Shown: one piece after another, positions 23,133 through 31,171 of the stretch
Layout of the letters: each line of letters opens with the position of its first letter
Position numbering within the stretch: position 1 is the first letter of the stretch
Source: a virus
IMG/VR virus record: IMGVR_UViG_3300020046_003171
Location: 1 to 40,983 of that record
Strand: one strand, 5' to 3'
Length of the DNA stretch: 40,983 nucleotides
Position numbers and translations under genes: made by a program
Notes under the pieces: generated by a model
What the model was told of the DNA's origin: nothing
Seen by the model: the letters and a program-made list of their open reading frames with translations, nothing else
Database searches by the model: none

Positions 23133-24083
23133 TTAAATACAAACAATAATTACTGCGCCTGGTCCGCCATCACCGCCAGCGCCGCCGATAGAGCCGACGC
23201 CATTAGTACCACCACCGCCACCACCGCCACATCCTATTCCGCCGTTTCCACCGGCGCCACCGGTTCCAACGGATGTATTTCCGCCGCCACCACTGCCACC
23301 GGATGCGATCATGGGTAAATCCATATCGCCAAATTGACCCCAAAAGTCATAACCAGTAATCCCAGCGCCGCCGCCGGCAGCACCGCCGTCTATTTGGGGG
23401 TAAAATGTGCTTGTTAAAATATTGCCACCAGCAAATGTGGTTGTTCCGGCGTTGACGCCGCCGCCTCCCGCGCCCCCACATGTGCAGGCTGCGCCAGTTA
23501 ACGGGGTTGCATTAGCGCCTACGGCAGCAGAGCCCCCGGTAACGCCTACATTTCCAGCCAAAAAGGAGTAGGACCCCAGAGAGGCGAGATGCACGGCAGA
23601 TATGAGCGCAGCGGCGGCATTTGCTGCGGGAGCCCCGGCAGTAGCTCCGTTGCCACCCAGCCCACCGCCACCACCGCCAGCATTTAAAATAAGATTGTTT
23701 GCGCCAGAATTAGGAGCTGTAGAAACCGTGCAGGCCGCCCCCGCAATTCCATTATTTGCGCCGCCACCCTGAGTTTGCCCTGCTGGCCCTTTTCTGCTGT
23801 TGCCTGGAGTAATATATATTTCTTTTGGTAATAATAAGGTTGAGACAAATATGGAAGAAACCGCTCCACCGCCCCCGCCGGCACCACCACCACCAGCGGT
23901 TGCCGCAGTTGATGCTCCGCCGCCGCCACCAGCGCCACCCGGCGCGATTGCCGTGATAAAAAGAAATTTTGCAGTTGTTGGCACAGAAAAAGAGAAAAAT
24001 GTAGCACTAGCAGTTGCCGGAGCTACCATGCCAACCCACATATGAGTCTGTCTGTTTTCGGAATAGTAATATTGTTGGTACAT
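23133..24083 (-). CDS. Glycine-rich protein, paralog B (316 aa), candidate polyglycine-type adhesin
   Basis: Gly runs (GGAGGGGG, GGGGAGGGGG, GGGGGGG) alternate with short hydrophobic strands. The C-terminus DMDLPMIASGGSGGGGNTSVGTGGAGGNGG..GGPGAVIIVCI is homologous to the upstream gene. Confidence 0.6.
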   Translation of the reverse strand: MYQQYYYSENRQTHMWVGMVAPATASATFFSFSVPTTAKFLFITAIAPGGAGGGGGASTAATAGGGGAGGGGGAVSSIFVSTLLLPKEIYITPGNSRKGPAGQTQGGGANNGIAGAACTVSTAPNSGANNLILNAGGGGGGLGGNGATAGAPAANAAAALISAVHLASLGSYSFLAGNVGVTGGSAAVGANATPLTGAACTCGGAGGGGVNAGTTTFAGGNILTSTFYPQIDGGAAGGGAGITGYDFWGQFGDMDLPMIASGGSGGGGNTSVGTGGAGGNGGIGCGGGGGGGTNGVGSIGGAGGDGGPGAVIIVCI

Positions 24084-24084
24084 G

Positions 24085-25050
24085 CTAAAACCAACTTATG
24101 ACAACGAAGCCTGGGCCGCCGCGGCCACCAGCGCCGCCCACTGAGGCAGCTCCATTCGTGCCACCACCACCGCCGCCACCTGAACCAGGACCACCATCAC
24201 CTCCTGCGCCGCCTGTGCCGACTAAAGTATTAGAACCTCCACCCGTTCCACCTGTAGAAACAAAAGGAAGATCCATGTCACCCCGATTCAATGTAAAATC
24301 AAAACCATCCAAACCCCTGCCACCGCCTGCTGCACCACCTGACTTTGTGGGCATAAAGCCACCTCCGGTCATCGCCCCGCCTGCGGCTGTTGTGGTACCT
24401 GCGTTTACAGCGCCACCACCTGAGCCTGCACCTGTTATGTTTCCCGCAGTCGCCCATGTTACTGCGGTACCAGCGCCCGTTGTTCCACCTGCGCCAGATG
24501 TTTGACCTGTGACAGAGAAAGTAACAATACCAAGCGAAGAAAGTGCCGCACCTGCTGCTGTGGTTATTGCAGTGGTTCCAGATGCAGCGCCCTGCGTAGC
24601 GCCAGAGGCGAGCTTTCCAGTACTTGTATTAGCACCCGATGAAAGACATATATAATTTGAGGCATTTGCGGATGGTCGTATTGACACAATGGAAGCGCGG
24701 CCAGCGTTCCCATTAGTAGCTGCTGCACCCCCTTGTACTTGACCTGTTCCTCCCGTACCGCCGGAACCAACAACTATAAATAGCACTGAAGGTATTAGGA
24801 TTGCTGGAACTATGACACTCATGTAAGGTGAGCCGCCACCGCCGGAGCCGCCCGCCCCTGCTACCCCAGCCGCGCTAGCTCCGCCACCACCTCCACCAGA
24901 TCCGCCAGATACACATAAGATTTGTATATATCTAGCGGTAGTTGGCTTATACCAGGTAAGCCAATTTGTAGTGACGGCACCTGGCATATCACCTATAAAA
25001 ACCTGTTGATTTTCAGATATCGAATAGGTTCGGTTATAGTTTTGGTACAT
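24085..25050 (-). CDS. Glycine-rich protein, paralog A (321 aa), candidate polyglycine-type adhesin
   Basis: Start set at ATG 25050 (TAATG overlap). This gives MYQNYNRTY, parallel to the MYQQYYY of paralog B. The C-terminus is DMDLPFVSTGGTGGGSNTLVGTGGAGGDGG..GGPGFVVISWF. Confidence 0.6.
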   Translation of the reverse strand: MYQNYNRTYSISENQQVFIGDMPGAVTTNWLTWYKPTTARYIQILCVSGGSGGGGGGASAAGVAGAGGSGGGGSPYMSVIVPAILIPSVLFIVVGSGGTGGTGQVQGGAAATNGNAGRASIVSIRPSANASNYICLSSGANTSTGKLASGATQGAASGTTAITTAAGAALSSLGIVTFSVTGQTSGAGGTTGAGTAVTWATAGNITGAGSGGGAVNAGTTTAAGGAMTGGGFMPTKSGGAAGGGRGLDGFDFTLNRGDMDLPFVSTGGTGGGSNTLVGTGGAGGDGGPGSGGGGGGGTNGAASVGGAGGRGGPGFVVISWF

Positions 25051-25484
25051 TAGTAATTTCCACCAATCGCACAAACTTGCCATGCAGTATTTGCAGCAAA
25101 AGCAGTGACACCAACAATAATTGTGTAAGATGCTGGTACTTGAAAATTAAGCGGAACCTCATACCCAAACGCAGCAGTTGTAGCCGTTACGTTAACTGCT
25201 GTGGCTGCAAGTGTAATTTCTTTTATTAGCGTATTGTTTGCGGCAGTTCCTGCGGAAGAGCCGTTATTCATGTAAATTCGACCCGCTGCCGCCGATGTCG
25301 TTGTCGAGCCAGATGTACTAATAGGCTGGAATATTAAGCGCTGTATAAACGCACCATTGGAACCCGCCGTAAAAACAAGCAGAACGTCGGCATCAGTACC
25401 TAACTGATTGGCGTCAGCAGCTGTAATAGAGGCCCAGCTAATGACAGGCGTAAGGGTATAAATCGGGTTTGTATTTGCTGGCAT
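25050..25484 (-). CDS. Small beta-rich fibre-associated protein (144 aa)
   Basis: Thr/Ala/Gly/Asn-rich ORF between the fibre and Gly-rich genes, coupled at both ends. Confidence 0.45.
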   Translation of the reverse strand: MPANTNPIYTLTPVISWASITAADANQLGTDADVLLVFTAGSNGAFIQRLIFQPISTSGSTTTSAAAGRIYMNNGSSAGTAANNTLIKEITLAATAVNVTATTAAFGYEVPLNFQVPASYTIIVGVTAFAANTAWQVCAIGGNY

Positions 25485-25485
25485 A

Positions 25486-28014
25486 TTAGTTACTAAAGCC
25501 TCCGAAGGTGATGGGGTACATTTTTCCGATAGTTACTCCGGCATTTCCTGGACTTGCAGCAACTGCCGCGTCGACATAAGCAGTCGTTGCCATTGTTGTA
25601 TTGTTGGTTAATGGCGCTTGAGTTGACCCTGTTACCGAGCTAGCTAATACGCAGGTTGGTGTTGCGGCATCTGCAGTTAATGTAATAAAAGCTGTATCAC
25701 TAGAGCCGCCAGTGTTTCGTGCGGACAATACTAAAGTGTTACCGCTTGTTGTTCCGGTAGATATTTTAGCTCCAAACAATTGCCTCCAACGGAAAGTTCC
25801 GCTACCAAGGTCAATTGCATTGTCAGAGCTTGCTAATAATGAAGTATTGATTGCGACGCTTGCTAAATTTCCAAGTGCTTTATTTGCTGCATTTGTTGAG
25901 ACCTGAGTATCTGCATAAGCGGTCGTCGCAATTTTTGTTGAGTTGTCATTTACCGACTGAGTGACTCCAGTCACGGCAGTCCCGATAGTTCCTGTTGTAA
26001 AAGTAAATGATGTGGCTGAGGCGCTGGCATATGAGCCGCCTGTTATTGTTTTTCCGGTAAACGTTAAAGCGCTAGGCAAAGATAATGTCCATGTTCTATT
26101 TGCGGACAAATCTTGAGCGCCGGCAGAGCTAGTAATTTCCGCCGCAGTTCCTGCAATAGTGATTGTCGTAGCGGGGCCTACGTAATCAGTCCCAGATACT
26201 CCTATGCTAACAACGCCAGTGCCTGTGGTTGATTTAAGAAGGCCGGTTGCTAGCGCGCTTAATGCTTGCTCATTAGTAAGGCTGCCATTAGGGGTTTGAG
26301 TAATATAAGTTGCCCCAATAGGAGCAGCTGCAGACGCTACAGCATCCGCATAGGCAGTCGTGGCGATTTTGGTGCTATTGTCATTAGCTGATTGCGTGGT
26401 AGCTGTCACAGAGCTTGCAAGAACCGCTGTAGGCGTATTGGCAGCGGTAATTGTAAAAAATGGTACTGAAACTGCGCCATCAACGTCCCAGCCGCTCAGA
26501 GTTAATGTATTTGCGTTTGTTTGGCCTGTAGAAATGTTTGTGGCGTAAACGTTTTTCCACCTTGTGGCGGGAATGCCCAGGTCGTCTGTATTGTCTGTAT
26601 CTGATACCAATGTAGTATTGATGGCTACGCCAGATAAATTGCTCAATGCCACATTAGCACCGCTGGCGGCGGCGGCTGCTGCATCAGCATAAGCAGTCGT
26701 AGCAAGCTTGGTGCTATTGTCTGATGCTGCCTGAGTAGTTGCTGTCACAGAAGATGCCAATACCGCAGTTGGTGTATTGTTTGCGGTGATGGTGAAAAAT
26801 GGGACGGCTGTAGCGCCATCAACATCCCAGCCGCTTAATGTAAGCGTGTCTGCAGCGGTGTCGCCAGTTTGTATACTTTTGGTATAAATATTATTCCAGC
26901 GAATTGCTTGGGTACCCAAGTCGTCGGTTACGTCAGTATCAGAGACTAACGTCGTATTAATCGCCACAGCCGCTAAATTGCTTAATGCTTGATTAGCTCC
27001 ACCAGCTGCTGCTGCAACCGCTGCATCTGTATAAGCTGTGGTGGCCAATTTAGTGGAATTGTCCAAAGGAGCTTGAGTTGTTGCGGTTATAGCGCTTCCT
27101 AAAACCCCGGTAGGCGTATTATTTGCCGTTAGCGTTAAGAACGGGGTCAAAGAACCGCCGTCGACGTCCCAGGCTCCGATAACGGTCGTATGACCTGCGG
27201 TATGGTCGGTCGTTATATTCGCTGCATATAAGTTATTCCAGCGCTTTGTAATAGAGCCTAAATCATCTGTCACATCCGTGTCAGATACGAGCGACGTGTT
27301 GATAGTTACGTTACCAGCATCAAGATTGCTCAGTTGTTCGTTAGCTCCACCGCCTCCGGCTGCAGCTACTGCATCGTCAACATATTCAGTCGTTGCAATG
27401 GTGGTATCGCTTGTTAATGGAGCTTGGGTCGTTGCTGTAACTGTGCTTCCCAATACGCCGGTTGGTGTATTGCTTGACGTAATAGTGAAGAAATCGACTT
27501 TAGCAGCGCCATCAACATCCCAGCCGCTTATCTTTAGCGTGTTTCCATTAGTGTGGCCCGCTTGAATAGAGGTTGCATATAACTCATTCCAGCGCAAACC
27601 ATCTATACCTAAATCATGGGTATCATCTGTATCTGGTATTAAAGGCGCATTGATTGCTGTAGCGGCAAGATTACTTAAATCATCATAGGCCAAGCCTGTG
27701 GTTTTAATCGGAGTTACTGCGCCATCTTGGATAGCTGCAGTATTAACCGAGTTTGGGCCAATAGAAATAAAGCTAGCCTGGGTTGTAACTGGGTCTATAT
27801 CAATGACTTTTAAAACAAGGATGCCATCGCTACAGGAGCAGTTTATTTGGTCATTAACGCTAAATTGGATTGACGAAGCATCTGGCCCATCTATGCCAAA
27901 ATATCCCGTAACCACAACTGTTGCTGTGGAATCTGTGGTTTCATAGCCGTATAAAGTTGGCCCTGGAAGATTCCATGGTGACCAACGTTGCATGTTACTT
28001 GGGATAAATGCCAT
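25486..28014 (-). CDS. Long tail fibre protein (842 aa) with five ~113-aa tandem modules
   Basis: Has an N-terminal MAFIPSN anchor domain. It then carries repeated units LSNL..AINT.LVSDTD.TDDLG...RW.N.Y...I.TG.T...TLTLSGWDVDGA...PFFTITA.NTPT.VL.S.VTATTQA..DNSTK[LI]ATTAY. Confidence 0.75.
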   Translation of the reverse strand: MAFIPSNMQRWSPWNLPGPTLYGYETTDSTATVVVTGYFGIDGPDASSIQFSVNDQINCSCSDGILVLKVIDIDPVTTQASFISIGPNSVNTAAIQDGAVTPIKTTGLAYDDLSNLAATAINAPLIPDTDDTHDLGIDGLRWNELYATSIQAGHTNGNTLKISGWDVDGAAKVDFFTITSSNTPTGVLGSTVTATTQAPLTSDTTIATTEYVDDAVAAAGGGGANEQLSNLDAGNVTINTSLVSDTDVTDDLGSITKRWNNLYAANITTDHTAGHTTVIGAWDVDGGSLTPFLTLTANNTPTGVLGSAITATTQAPLDNSTKLATTAYTDAAVAAAAGGANQALSNLAAVAINTTLVSDTDVTDDLGTQAIRWNNIYTKSIQTGDTAADTLTLSGWDVDGATAVPFFTITANNTPTAVLASSVTATTQAASDNSTKLATTAYADAAAAAASGANVALSNLSGVAINTTLVSDTDNTDDLGIPATRWKNVYATNISTGQTNANTLTLSGWDVDGAVSVPFFTITAANTPTAVLASSVTATTQSANDNSTKIATTAYADAVASAAAPIGATYITQTPNGSLTNEQALSALATGLLKSTTGTGVVSIGVSGTDYVGPATTITIAGTAAEITSSAGAQDLSANRTWTLSLPSALTFTGKTITGGSYASASATSFTFTTGTIGTAVTGVTQSVNDNSTKIATTAYADTQVSTNAANKALGNLASVAINTSLLASSDNAIDLGSGTFRWRQLFGAKISTGTTSGNTLVLSARNTGGSSDTAFITLTADAATPTCVLASSVTGSTQAPLTNNTTMATTAYVDAAVAASPGNAGVTIGKMYPITFGGFSN
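25549..27678. repeat. In-frame tandem repeat region: five ~340-bp (about 113-116 aa) modules, the fourth followed by a ~150-aa insert
   Basis: Module starts were counted at residues 113, 228, 344, 457 and 714 of the 842-aa protein. The DNA copies are visibly similar but diverged. Confidence 0.8.
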
Positions 28015-28024
28015 GTTCTGGACC

Positions 28025-28348
28025 TTATTTATCTAAAGATATGTGATAAGCTTGAAATTTTGATTCTCTTCCCGCTTTTAATTGATCGTATTCTGCTTGC
28101 CACTGTTGCATTCTAGATGCCACTTCAGAAGCATTGTTTTCAATAAATTCTGCGCCTTTCTTTGTGTCGGATAAGGCTTCAATCTTTTCTTTGTCGGTCA
28201 TTTCTAATGGTTTTGCTCGCTTATGCTCCCCGCAAGCCCAATCCGCAAGAATTGCCGCTTCTTCTAAGGGGTCCATTTCAATGTCTTGCTGTTCCGACCA
28301 TGTTCCATCTGGTTTTCTAACAGATGCAATTGTTTTAATAAGCGCCAT
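28025..28348 (-). CDS. Hypothetical protein between fibre genes (107 aa), possible fibre assembly factor
   Basis: Acidic, helical ORF between two fibre genes. The function is positional only. Confidence 0.35.
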   Translation of the reverse strand: MALIKTIASVRKPDGTWSEQQDIEMDPLEEAAILADWACGEHKRAKPLEMTDKEKIEALSDTKKGAEFIENNASEVASRMQQWQAEYDQLKAGRESKFQAYHISLDK

Positions 28349-28357
28349 AATTTTCCC

Positions 28358-30406
28358 TTAGTTCTTTATGCCGTATAAATCAAATCTACCGCTAGTAATA
28401 TTGCCGGAGTCCATCATGAATCTAATTCCATCAACTGCTGTGGTTACCCCAATTAATACGCCACCCATACTTAAATTGTATCCAATCGTTGCGCCAGTTG
28501 CTGAGAATGACCCATTACCATATACCAATTTATGATTTGTTGTATTTGATGGATTTGATAAATAGAACAAACCGCTTAAACCTTTTGTGGATGTATTGGA
28601 AAGATATCCGGAAAGAGTTGCTTCTATTTCAGAATCTCCATTGCTAGAGCCATTCCCACCTAAGCTTACAGTCGCCCATCCATAATCAGATGCCGAGTTT
28701 CTAAAGACGCCGCCAGACCTTAAGCGCATCCAGAGAGTGGTTGCGTTAGTTGCAGGCAATAAATAATTAACCTTAACTACATATGTGTCGTAAGTGGCAT
28801 CAATTGCTGCGGTAAAATCAATAGTGGCACTCGCAGCTGCGGTGGCGGTTGCAAGATGTATCCATGAACCAGTTCCGGCAGCAGCAATAGCGTCCGCATA
28901 AGCTGTTGTTGCAATTTTGGTGCTGTTGTCATTTGGAGCTTGGGTAGTAGCCGTAACATTGGAAGCCAATACGCAACTTGGTGTGTTGTTCGCAGTCAAA
29001 GTAATGAATGGAGTAAATACTGCGCCATCAACATCCCATGCGCCAATATTTAATACATCAGCAGCTGTATCGCCGGTTTGTAGCGTATTTGCATAAATAT
29101 TACGCCAGCGAATGGCTTGTGTACCAAGGTCATCTGTTATGTCGGTATCGGAAGCCAATGTTGTATTAATCGCCACGGCAGATAAGTTATTTAAACTGCG
29201 CGTTGCTGCATCATCTGCAATTTGAGATACCACAAAAGCGGTTGTGGCTAGTCTTGTGTCGTTGGTATTAACGGCTTGTGTGGTACCCGTCATAAATGAC
29301 GCCAATGTCGCCGTTGGCGGGTTACCAGCAGTCATACCGAGAACAGGCGTATAAGCGGCACCACCGGTGTCATAAGCTGCTAAAAAGGTTGCATCCCCAC
29401 CGGTTTCACCAGTAAGAATTTGGCCCGTGAACAGTTCGCTATATCTTAATGACTCAGAACCAATATTTACCACGTCATCTAGACCTGGCAATAAATTAGT
29501 ATTAATCGCAGTTGCTGCCAAGTTGCTTAAAGCGGTATTGGCATAGCTGCCAGGGGAAAAAGTAAATTGAGCAAACGCAATTGGGTCTGTGTCAACCGTA
29601 ACAACGACATTGGTTTCTACCCAAGAAGTAACAGCATTCACGGTGCCGTTAGTAATCATGAATAAAGTGCCAGGTTGAATTTCGGCGGCCTGGTCATAAT
29701 CTGTGGCCCTGGTTAATACCCAGTTAACAGCGCCCGAGCCGACAGTGGTTAATGTATAGCAGCCGTTATGTTGGCTGAGGGTCTGGTTTTTCACTAATAT
29801 TCGAGAATTCAGAGGCGGAGAAACCCCATCAACCGAGAAAGCCGCCATAGCGCCAGCATTCGTTAGCGTCGCACCAACACCCGCACCAGCTTGTGTGGCA
29901 TTTAAATTCGCTGTCGTAGCAGCATAGCAAAGTGGTTGAACTGCAATGCCTGAGCCTGCCGCGTCAACATATTGCTTAGTTGCTGCACCCAAGGCAACTG
30001 TAGGGTCACCCGATAAAATTAAAGGCCCCGTCATTGTTCCGCCAATCAAAGGAACGCTGTTTAGATTCACGCCGCCGGTCAATGTATTGGTGCCATCACA
30101 GAAAATCATTAAAACCAAACCGGGCTCTAAGGTAACCGTTGGGCCACCATTGATATTTCCTGATTGCGTCTCAACCGTTAAATCAAGCGCTGAATCATTC
30201 CTGATAAAGCAGAAGAATTGCGTGCTAACGATAGCGACGGTCATTATCTGGGCAGTCCAGGGACCTGCACCAGAGAATCTAAACATCTTGCCTCTATCAG
30301 CAAGCACGATGTCATAATCTGCGGTTTTTTCAACCGTTTCTGCGGTTACCTGAAGAACGGTTCTAGCAGAATTTTGTGAGCCTAAAGTCGTTACTAAAGT
30401 TGCCAT
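28358..30406 (-). CDS. Tail fibre protein (682 aa) carrying two copies of the same ~113-aa module
   Basis: Contains the fibre motifs LIGGTMTGPLILSGDP..AATKQYVD and RILVKNQT..HNGCYT. Residues 293-511 repeat the LSNL..AINT..DDLG..RW..DNSTKIATTAYAD module. A C-terminal jelly-roll-like domain follows. Confidence 0.7.
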   Translation of the reverse strand: MATLVTTLGSQNSARTVLQVTAETVEKTADYDIVLADRGKMFRFSGAGPWTAQIMTVAIVSTQFFCFIRNDSALDLTVETQSGNINGGPTVTLEPGLVLMIFCDGTNTLTGGVNLNSVPLIGGTMTGPLILSGDPTVALGAATKQYVDAAGSGIAVQPLCYAATTANLNATQAGAGVGATLTNAGAMAAFSVDGVSPPLNSRILVKNQTLSQHNGCYTLTTVGSGAVNWVLTRATDYDQAAEIQPGTLFMITNGTVNAVTSWVETNVVVTVDTDPIAFAQFTFSPGSYANTALSNLAATAINTNLLPGLDDVVNIGSESLRYSELFTGQILTGETGGDATFLAAYDTGGAAYTPVLGMTAGNPPTATLASFMTGTTQAVNTNDTRLATTAFVVSQIADDAATRSLNNLSAVAINTTLASDTDITDDLGTQAIRWRNIYANTLQTGDTAADVLNIGAWDVDGAVFTPFITLTANNTPSCVLASNVTATTQAPNDNSTKIATTAYADAIAAAGTGSWIHLATATAAASATIDFTAAIDATYDTYVVKVNYLLPATNATTLWMRLRSGGVFRNSASDYGWATVSLGGNGSSNGDSEIEATLSGYLSNTSTKGLSGLFYLSNPSNTTNHKLVYGNGSFSATGATIGYNLSMGGVLIGVTTAVDGIRFMMDSGNITSGRFDLYGIKN
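28874..29530. repeat. Two copies of the fibre module shared with gene 25486..28014
   Basis: DTDITDDLGTQAIRWRNIY here compares with DTDVTDDLGTQAIRWNNIY in the 842-aa protein. The DNA is also recognisably similar. Confidence 0.75.
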
Positions 30407-30415
30407 GTTTTTTCC

Positions 30416-31171
30416 TTAGGTCACAATCCAGTTACCGCTTTGAACCATGCGCCAGTTTCCAGCGCCCTGATAAGTGAGTCTTCCCCACCCTGATAAAATT
30501 CCACCTGTAGTAGATAGCGTGACATTCCCAGTTGTAAATGTTGAAACCTGCTCGACTAAAGTGATTGATTGGCCAACGCCATAATCAATCACAACGCCAT
30601 TGGTGGTTAAGGTGCTTACCTCGACGACATCCCCAAGAGATGCCACCAGTGGAAGCGTTATGGTTACCGGTATGCCTGCCGCAACAATATAGCCACTATT
30701 AACGGTGGCAGCTTGGTTGGCAACAATAGCAGACCATGTGAGAGCGCCACCACCGCCGCCACCAGCCACCGCGGCGCCATAGTTCCCTAAAAAGAATCCA
30801 GTCGTTGGTGTGATTGCAAAATAAACTGGAACAATCGAGTCTGGTCCAACAGGAATGGTTGCTGTTAATTTTCCAGCATTCGTTGGTGAAAGATAATATA
30901 AAGTTCCTGCGACATAAGCGCCGCCAGGATTTACAGGCGCAGAGGTTAAGCCGTAAACGTACCCAGCTTGAGTGATATAGAATTCGGAACCAGCAGTTTT
31001 AATTGCTGAAACCATCCCGATTACAAGGGCATTGGATGCCGTGTTCGCTTGTGAGCCTACATAGTTAACGCCATCAAATCGAACAACATCACCTCGGACA
31101 AAAGTGTTTGCGGGTTGATTGACATATTGATACAGCGCATTCGTTGCTAATATTTTTGCTGACTGTGCCAT
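30416..31171 (-). CDS. Fibre-like protein (251 aa) with one copy of the ~120-aa HG-F...YYLS domain
   Basis: VNQPANTFVRGDVVRF...GTLYYLSPTNAGKLT...PV parallels the three domains of the upstream gene. A poly-Gly linker GGGGGG is present. Confidence 0.55.
   Translation of the reverse strand: MAQSAKILATNALYQYVNQPANTFVRGDVVRFDGVNYVGSQANTASNALVIGMVSAIKTAGSEFYITQAGYVYGLTSAPVNPGGAYVAGTLYYLSPTNAGKLTATIPVGPDSIVPVYFAITPTTGFFLGNYGAAVAGGGGGGALTWSAIVANQAATVNSGYIVAAGIPVTITLPLVASLGDVVEVSTLTTNGVVIDYGVGQSITLVEQVSTFTTGNVTLSTTGGILSGWGRLTYQGAGNWRMVQSGNWIVT

Noticed and set aside
23800-24505. Plus-strand Pro-rich ORFs (23800..24045, 24098..24505)
   Set aside because: They are the antisense mirror of GGN glycine codons (NCC = Pro) in the glycine-rich genes. 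They have no start context and no independent support.
25549-29530. Periodic ~340-bp repeats as a CRISPR array or a DGR template/variable-repeat pair
   Set aside because: The repeats are in-frame protein modules with no spacers and ~20% divergence spread over all bases. No reverse transcriptase or cas gene is present anywhere in the genome.
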